A program made the translations under genes and the position numbers. A DNA stretch of 22,254 bases from Pseudobdellovibrionaceae bacterium (lineage in GTDB: Bacteria > Bdellovibrionota > Bdellovibrionia > Bdellovibrionales > Bdellovibrionaceae). The DNA is taken from NCBI GenBank assembly GCA_041288045.1, contig JBGGMM010000170.1:1-22254 (forward strand), in the 5' to 3' direction. How positions within the stretch are numbered: the first letter of the stretch is position 1; each line of letters starts with the position of its first letter. Under the pieces are notes generated by a model. That model saw nothing but the letters and a program-made list of their open reading frames with translations. It made no database searches and was not told where the DNA came from. Positions 8,135 through 13,688 of this stretch are shown piece after piece.

Positions 8135-8343
8135 ACCTTCCAACGATTGTGAATCATTCCTATGGCTTACAATCGGCTCCCTGTGCGGATCAGAAGAGTC
8201 GAGCTTCAGAAATCAGGACCTAAATGGAGGACTCTTTAGGGCCTGAGGATCGGTGCGTCTGCGGGGTGAATTTAGACCTTGGGCAAGCTTTTCCTTTTTT
8301 TTCTGCCCAGACTTCGCTAATTTGAAAGAGAAGGTGGTTTGAG

Positions 8344-9120
8344 ATGAGTCCAGAAATGCCAGAATACGTCCAGATCCTGATGGAAGAGTTCGAAAAATCC
8401 AAATCCACCAACAAACGATACTCGGTGCGAGCTTTCGCCAAAAGACTGGGGATCCACCCAGCGACTTTGTCGTCAATCCTCAAAGGCCATCGCAAAGTCC
8501 CGCGAAAGCAGGCTTTGGAAATCACAGAAAAACTCAAGCTCTCCCCGAGCCGCCGAAATCGCTTCTTACGAAGCCTGCAAAAACGCGAAGATCTGCGCGA
8601 ATCCCTCAGCGAACAAGTCGACTATGAGTCCTCGCATCAGCAGTTCATCGCATTGGCCGGCTCTCCGCTCGAGTGGGAGTACTCGGCCGTGCTTTCGCTC
8701 TTAGAAATTGAAAAAAACTGGACCGCCGAAAGCATCGCAAAGAAACTCAAGCTCAATCCAACAAAATGCCAAGAAATTCTCGCTTCTCTCGTCGATTCGC
8801 ATTGGCTTGTCCACGAGGAAAATCGCTATTTGTTATCTGAAAAACCAGGAAATCCCATCAATGGATCAGTTCCATCTCGCAATGAAATCCAAATTTACGA
8901 ACGCGATCTGCAATTGGCCTTAGCTCAATTGAAAAACCCATCCACTCGCCACAAAAATTATTCTTTCCAAAGCATGGCCATCAATAAAAAGCGACTGCCA
9001 GAGGCCCAAAAACTCATCCAAAATTTCCACCGCGAACTGAACGACCTCCTGCAGGATGGAGATCCGACAGACGTCTTTCACCTGGCCATTCAGTTTTTTC
9101 CTCTGACTTCGGAAGATTAG
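8344..9120 (+). CDS. TIGR02147/DUF4423-type protein with N-terminal HTH (putative regulator)
   Basis: N-terminal YSVRAFAKRLGIHPATLSSILKGHRK and C-terminal SFQSMAIN...DVFHLAIQFFPLT are typical of this family, which is expanded in Bdellovibrio and Fibrobacter. Confidence 0.85.
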   Translation: MSPEMPEYVQILMEEFEKSKSTNKRYSVRAFAKRLGIHPATLSSILKGHRKVPRKQALEITEKLKLSPSRRNRFLRSLQKREDLRESLSEQVDYESSHQQFIALAGSPLEWEYSAVLSLLEIEKNWTAESIAKKLKLNPTKCQEILASLVDSHWLVHEENRYLLSEKPGNPINGSVPSRNEIQIYERDLQLALAQLKNPSTRHKNYSFQSMAINKKRLPEAQKLIQNFHRELNDLLQDGDPTDVFHLAIQFFPLTSED

Positions 9121-9161
9121 ACCATCATCCAGGCCACCTTCCTCAAACTCGCAACAGAGGC

Positions 9162-9189
9162 TGAAGTTGCAACTCAATTCTGCCGATAA
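9162..9189 (+). promoter_or_regulatory. sigma28-like promoter (TGAAG-N15-GCCGATAA)
   Basis: Perfect GCCGATAA at 9182-9189, 8 nt before ATG 9198, no SD. Confidence 0.6.
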
Positions 9190-9197
9190 ATGATCGC

Positions 9198-10379
9198 ATG
9201 TTGAAATGGATAAAATCGACAGTTTTATTTTTATTTTTCGTTTGGGCCTCTCCCCATTTGAAAGCTGAATTCGCGGTTGAAGGGGAAAAAGTCGCTCCAC
9301 CCGCTGACAGACGAAAGAAATACACAAACCAATACGAATGTTCAAAGAAAACCGGCCAACCTTCGACTGCAAGTCTGCTTTTGGTGAATGAAGACTATTT
9401 GCTCCAAGGGATTACAAAAAACCAAAAAGGAAAACCTCTCGAAGTCTTTGGGGTGCTAACGAATAAAGAAAAATTAATGGATATTGAAAGGAAGGATCAA
9501 CTAATCGCTGAAGATCCTTTCATTTGGGATGACAACCTCATACCATTTTGCTCCAAGGTAAAGATTGTTGAAAAGGGTTCAGACGGTCTTATTCCATTTC
9601 CTGAATCCCCAGACGAAACAGTTGTCAATGTGTTTGACCGTGGATGGGGTTGGGGTGGTCGTTGTCGATTTACTGAGCAAACAGAAGCTCAACTAAAGGA
9701 AGTGGCAAAGCGAATCCATACTCGAAAGGAAGCTGCCAACCAAATGAAGGTGGAGCTCGCTCGTCAAGAAGAGGAAAAACGAAAAGCTTTCTTGCCCCCT
9801 CCCTCACCGCCGGCAGTTCCTCGACCGCCAACTCTTGCAGAAAAATTAGCAGAGTCAGCTCCTCCACAACCAGGAATTGCCGCAGGCCTGACACCTCGGC
9901 CCGGTGATCTTATTCGGCCTCCTTCTCCGGATTTGACGAAGATGGCTGATAAACTTCCTGAAACTGAAAAACCTGGAATTGTCGCTGGCAGACAGCCTCT
10001 TCCAGGCCACATGGTTCCCCCTCGCCTAGGTGAAAATATTGGCAAAAAAGGAATCTCTACATTTAAGGCCAAATTGGATTCCAATGGAAAAATCATTGAT
10101 TTGACTTATCAAACTGAAAATAACCCAAATTTTCGTCTGAATCTCAACTCGGCAGAGGCGAATAAAGATCCGGTCTTCCAAGCTCTCCGACCATTTGCGC
10201 AGAAGCTTGATACCTACTCAAAATGCTGCCTCTACGATGGAAAGCCTGAATGCGATTTGCCTGTCAACCCGACTTCGCAAAAAGCACTGCTGAAGTTTCC
10301 TGACCCACCTGCGAGCAAAGACTCCGGCGCCTTTGGCGCGAACCCCTTTGGCACTCTCGGGGTTCCTGGCTCCAAGTAG
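9198..10379 (+). CDS. Secreted Pro-rich hypothetical protein
   Basis: Sec signal peptide ending HLKA, Cys-containing N- and C-terminal domains, central coiled coil, and a Pro-rich linker with a duplicated PGI.AG..P.PG motif. Confidence 0.8.
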   Translation: MLKWIKSTVLFLFFVWASPHLKAEFAVEGEKVAPPADRRKKYTNQYECSKKTGQPSTASLLLVNEDYLLQGITKNQKGKPLEVFGVLTNKEKLMDIERKDQLIAEDPFIWDDNLIPFCSKVKIVEKGSDGLIPFPESPDETVVNVFDRGWGWGGRCRFTEQTEAQLKEVAKRIHTRKEAANQMKVELARQEEEKRKAFLPPPSPPAVPRPPTLAEKLAESAPPQPGIAAGLTPRPGDLIRPPSPDLTKMADKLPETEKPGIVAGRQPLPGHMVPPRLGENIGKKGISTFKAKLDSNGKIIDLTYQTENNPNFRLNLNSAEANKDPVFQALRPFAQKLDTYSKCCLYDGKPECDLPVNPTSQKALLKFPDPPASKDSGAFGANPFGTLGVPGSK

Positions 10380-10387
10380 TGTTTCAC

Positions 10388-10435
10388 TGTCTCAATTTGA
10401 GAATCCCCTGATGTTTTTTGCGATAAATCCGATAA
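10388..10435 (+). promoter_or_regulatory. sigma28-like promoter with upstream TGTCTCA-N3-TGAGA palindrome
   Basis: Palindrome 10388-10402, then TGATGTTT(10409-10416)-N11-TCCGATAA(10428-10435). ATG follows 7 nt later with no SD. Confidence 0.6.
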
Positions 10436-10442
10436 GTTTAAC

Positions 10443-11456
10443 ATGAACCAAAAAGGTGCTTCAATCCTTCAATCCCTAGTTGTCATCTGTATCATGGCGC
10501 TGATTTCAATGGGAATCATGTCGATGATCTCCAATGGTCTGAAAGGCCAAAAGACAATTGCTCAAAATACAGATTTTGATGTCCTTAAGAATGATCTCAA
10601 ATGGATTTTCACCAACGATGATCTCTGTAAAGCGGCCTTTCGAGACAATGCCAACAACCCGGCCCGCTTCACTGGTGGAACCTCAAATATCGACAACATC
10701 TTTTTTGACACCAACAACACCATTCTGGCCAAGAAAGGCGAAAAATATGGGAATGGTTTGACGATCACTGACATCCGTTTGGTCTACGATAAAGATGAGA
10801 CAAATGCTGATATTCCTCCCGTCTTCAATGCCTTGACCAACCGAACTTTGCATTGGGTGAAGCTAGTGATCACTGCCGATCGCGAGTATGCCTATGGCGG
10901 TGGCATGTCGAGTGAGAGATCCGCTCATAGTTTCGCAGTTTTCACGAACGTCACCAATCGAATCGACGGATGCATGGTTCCTGGATCTGATGCTGTCGGT
11001 GATAAAAAGAACTTTATTTGGATTGATGCAACGAAAGCTTGCGCCAGCATTTTACCAACTGGACAATATATTGACGCCCAACTGATCGATGACGCCGATG
11101 CAGGACATGATCTGAATGAAAACTCCACACTCAACGGAAAAGAACTCAGGCTTTGCGCCAGTGGGTTTTTGAATGCCAATGATATCAGGTGGGTGGATAA
11201 CGCCTGCCCTGCTGGCTATCGGGATGTGGGTGTGGTTGATGACAACGATAGCGAACACAGGCTCAACGAAAGCCATGACGACGGCACACCATACAAGCAT
11301 TGGTGCATGCGGGGGCTATCTACTCATAAATGGACAGGAACCTGCGAAGCTGGCTGGTCACCGGTGTACGTGTCTGATGACGCAGAAACCGATGATGGTC
11401 ATTGGATGTGGGAAGGCAGTGACGGCGCCGGAGGCTTTCAACTTTGTGTGAAATAA
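10443..11456 (+). CDS. Type IV pilin/pseudopilin-like protein with C-terminal triple acidic Cys repeat (paralog A)
   Basis: MNQKG|ASILQ plus hydrophobic helix gives a degenerate prepilin motif. Cys pair in the head domain; three DDx[DE]..HxxxE repeats. Confidence 0.8.
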   Translation: MNQKGASILQSLVVICIMALISMGIMSMISNGLKGQKTIAQNTDFDVLKNDLKWIFTNDDLCKAAFRDNANNPARFTGGTSNIDNIFFDTNNTILAKKGEKYGNGLTITDIRLVYDKDETNADIPPVFNALTNRTLHWVKLVITADREYAYGGGMSSERSAHSFAVFTNVTNRIDGCMVPGSDAVGDKKNFIWIDATKACASILPTGQYIDAQLIDDADAGHDLNENSTLNGKELRLCASGFLNANDIRWVDNACPAGYRDVGVVDDNDSEHRLNESHDDGTPYKHWCMRGLSTHKWTGTCEAGWSPVYVSDDAETDDGHWMWEGSDGAGGFQLCVK

Positions 11457-11460
11457 TTCT

Positions 11461-12507
11461 GTGAGGATGGGTCCATTGCTCAAAAATTGGCAGAAATTTT
11501 TTTCATCTCAAAAAGGATACTCTCTTACTGAAACCCTGGTTTCATTGGGGATCATTGTGATCCTTGCTCTTATCTTGGGCACTCTGGTGATCAATGCGAT
11601 CAAAGGTCAAAGAACGATTGCTCAAAATGATGACTTCAATTTTCTTCGAAGCGATATTTCAAGAATTTTTAAAGATACGGAAATTTGCGGAAATGCCTTT
11701 CGCAACAATACGGAATCAGCTGCGAATTTTTTGGGCGGAGCTTCCGACGTGGATCGAATTCGCTATACAACTTCGACTGAAAATAAAATCATCGCTCAAG
11801 AAAACACTTCGACCACAAATGGACTCCACCTGACCGAAATTAATCTTGAGTACCAAAAGGATGAAAACGGAGTTGATGTCCCTCCCATTCTTGACCCAGT
11901 CGAAAACCGGACCACTCACTGGGTGAATTTGAAAATCGTGGCAGAAATCAAAAATGGTTTTGGCGATACTCTTTCCAATATCAGAGCACCTTTTCACTTT
12001 GGCGTCGTGACCAATGCCACTGGCCAGATTGTGAATTGTGTTTTGGCGGAACTTCCTAAAATTAGAGTGCTTCAGTTTGTCTGGGTTTTAAAAACTAGTG
12101 CCTGCCCCAAAGGATTTATTGATGCACAAATTACTGACGATGGAGATGGCGTTCACGACCTGAACGAAAACGACGCCCTTCCTGGCCGAGAGCTTAAACT
12201 ATGCGCCCATGGATTGGGTGAAAATCCTGATAATATTGGTTGGCATACGGATGGGTGCAAACCCGGATACCGTTACACCGGCATCAAAGATGACAACGAT
12301 GATCTGCATGCTCTCTATGAAAGCGGCAACAGCGGTGACCCGGCTAAATACTGGTGCATGAAAGGCCTTCAATCTGTGGAGTGGACCGGCACTTGCCGAC
12401 CCGGCTACACGGCCGTTGGAATTCACGACGATGGCGAGCTGGATGATGGCCATTGGATATGGGAAGGCAGCGATGACTCAGGCGGATTTCAACTTTGTGT
12501 GAAATAA
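11461..12507 (+). CDS. Type IV pilin/pseudopilin-like protein with C-terminal triple acidic Cys repeat (paralog B)
   Basis: QKG|YSLTE plus hydrophobic helix is a prepilin class III signal with Glu+5. Colinear with the upstream paralog. Start uncertain (GTG 11461, ATG 11467 or TTG 11476). Confidence 0.82.
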   Translation: MRMGPLLKNWQKFFSSQKGYSLTETLVSLGIIVILALILGTLVINAIKGQRTIAQNDDFNFLRSDISRIFKDTEICGNAFRNNTESAANFLGGASDVDRIRYTTSTENKIIAQENTSTTNGLHLTEINLEYQKDENGVDVPPILDPVENRTTHWVNLKIVAEIKNGFGDTLSNIRAPFHFGVVTNATGQIVNCVLAELPKIRVLQFVWVLKTSACPKGFIDAQITDDGDGVHDLNENDALPGRELKLCAHGLGENPDNIGWHTDGCKPGYRYTGIKDDNDDLHALYESGNSGDPAKYWCMKGLQSVEWTGTCRPGYTAVGIHDDGELDDGHWIWEGSDDSGGFQLCVK

Positions 12508-12509
12508 GA

Positions 12510-12586
12510 TGGTCTGCGTGGCGGGATTTGAACCCACGACCTCTTGCACCCCAAGCAAGCGCTCTACCAAGCTGAGCCACACGCAG
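12510..12586 (-). tRNA. tRNA-Pro (anticodon GGG), 77 nt, encoded CCA
   Basis: Minus strand folds as CTGCGTG TG GCTC AGCTTGGTA GAGC G CTTGC TTGGGGT GCAAG AGGTC GTGGG TTCAAAT CCCGC CACGCAG A CCA. Anticodon at 12552-12550. Confidence 0.97.
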
Positions 12587-12597
12587 ACAAAGTGTGA

Positions 12598-12626
12598 AAA
12601 ATAGGATCTTTCCTAGGCGAAATCAA
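12598..12626 (-). promoter_or_regulatory. Putative sigma70 promoter for tRNA-Pro (TTGATT-N17-TATTTT)
   Basis: Spacing is exactly 17 nt and the -10 lies 11 nt upstream of the mature tRNA 5' end; the -10 match is imperfect. Confidence 0.4.
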
Positions 12627-12690
12627 TGAATTGCCCAGCACTTTTATGCGGCGAGTGAAGGAAAAAGAGAAAGGCACCTTAGGCCCTCCC

Positions 12691-13275
12691 CTACACAAAT
12701 AGCTGGCGGGTTCTGCGGATTTGGATCATCAAATCATCGACTTGATCATGAAGTGAGTCCAACTTTTGCGTCATTGTCGAGATGGCTTTGTCTTTTTTGA
12801 CTTCAGAGCGAACGAAGTTTTTGAGATCCTTCAGTGCGGCTCTTGCGCCCTCAATCGAAAAACGATCCCGATGCAAAAGCTTGCGAATCAAGTAAGCGTT
12901 CTCGACATCTTTTTTGGTGTAGTAGCGCTGATTGTTGGAAGCTTTCTTGGGCTTCAGAATTTCAAATTCAGATTCCCAATACCTGAGCACATACTGCTTA
13001 ATGCCCAGCATGTCGGCCACTTCGCCGATTTTAAATCCCATTTTTTCAGGGATGGTGTTGATCTCTTCCAAAAGTCTTTCATCACAAAGAGCCGCTGGCA
13101 GAGTCAGATTTTGTTCAGCTGGAGGCAGCTCTGGAGCTTTTTCAGGAACATGCTGGTCTGCGAGAATGATTTCGATATCACCCAGTTCCAACTGTTCAGT
13201 GTGGTCTGGTTGATCGGGTTGATTCATTTGCTCAGCCTGTTCTATCTGTTCGGTTGGATCAATCATTGTCGTCAT
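12691..13275 (-). CDS. MerR-family HTH transcriptional regulator (ihfA-linked type)
   Basis: FKIGEVADMLGIKQYVLRYWESEF...RYY..KD...FSIEGAR. AAGGAGG SD lies inside ihfA. Conserved position between ihfA and tRNA-Pro. Confidence 0.92.
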   Translation of the reverse strand: MTTMIDPTEQIEQAEQMNQPDQPDHTEQLELGDIEIILADQHVPEKAPELPPAEQNLTLPAALCDERLLEEINTIPEKMGFKIGEVADMLGIKQYVLRYWESEFEILKPKKASNNQRYYTKKDVENAYLIRKLLHRDRFSIEGARAALKDLKNFVRSEVKKDKAISTMTQKLDSLHDQVDDLMIQIRRTRQLFV

Positions 13276-13618
13276 GGTCTTCGTCCTCCTTGCCGATCAA
13301 GTGGGCGTACTCCTCCCCATTGAGCATGGCTTTGAGAACTTGGCTCGGCCGAAAGGTCAAAACCCGACGGGCCGAAATTTTGATCTGCTCGCCGGTCTGA
13401 GGGTTTCGCCCCACCCGTTCATTTTTTCCGCGAACGACAAAATTGCCAAATCCAGAGATTTTCACTTTGTCGCCGTGATGAAGGACATCTTTCAAAGTGT
13501 TGAACACCAGTTCAACCAGCTCTGAGGCTTCCTTCTTGGAAAAGCCGATTTTCTGATAAACCTTTTCGACAATATCCGCTTTGGTCATCGTCGATTTGCC
13601 GATATTTTGTCCTGCCAT
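13259..13618 (-). CDS. ihfA: Integration host factor subunit alpha
   Basis: Motifs MTKADIVE, VKISGFGNF, ERVGRNPQTGE and ISARRVLTFRPSQ; downstream of pheT. Start ATG 13618 with AGGTG upstream. Confidence 0.93.
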   Translation of the reverse strand: MAGQNIGKSTMTKADIVEKVYQKIGFSKKEASELVELVFNTLKDVLHHGDKVKISGFGNFVVRGKNERVGRNPQTGEQIKISARRVLTFRPSQVLKAMLNGEEYAHLIGKEDEDHDDND

Positions 13619-13688
13619 TCGTGACACCTGAGCTTTTAGGGTTGAAGTGCCCCTATAGGCTAGCAAGCTGTTGAAAGTAATCAACAAT

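Noticed and set aside
8257..8278. GTCTGCGGGGTGAATTTAGACC loosely resembling the tRNA-Pro 3' end (possible att remnant)
   Set aside because: Only 7 contiguous identical bases, with several mismatches and a gap; compatible with chance, and no integrase is present.
8200..8343. Possible c-di-GMP riboswitch in the structured intergenic region
   Set aside because: Conserved GEMM elements (GGCAAA...GNRA tetraloop...GACGCAAAGC) were not found on either strand.
11391..12507. Near-identical 3' ends of the two pilin-like genes as a diversity-generating retroelement TR/VR pair
   Set aside because: Differences are mostly third-position and not adenine-specific, both copies are coding, and no reverse transcriptase is in the window. 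Ordinary paralogy explains it.
12344..12580. 78-aa ORF starting MAQLGRALAWG
   Set aside because: It is a translation of the tRNA-Pro sequence and the antisense of the pilin-like gene.
12497..12607. GTGTGAAA..TA.GAT-like sequence on both sides of the tRNA (possible target duplication)
   Set aside because: Short, imperfect and AT-rich; the left copy is constrained by coding sequence and the right overlaps the putative promoter.
12766..13323. 185-aa + strand ORF
   Set aside because: Antisense shadow of merR/ihfA.
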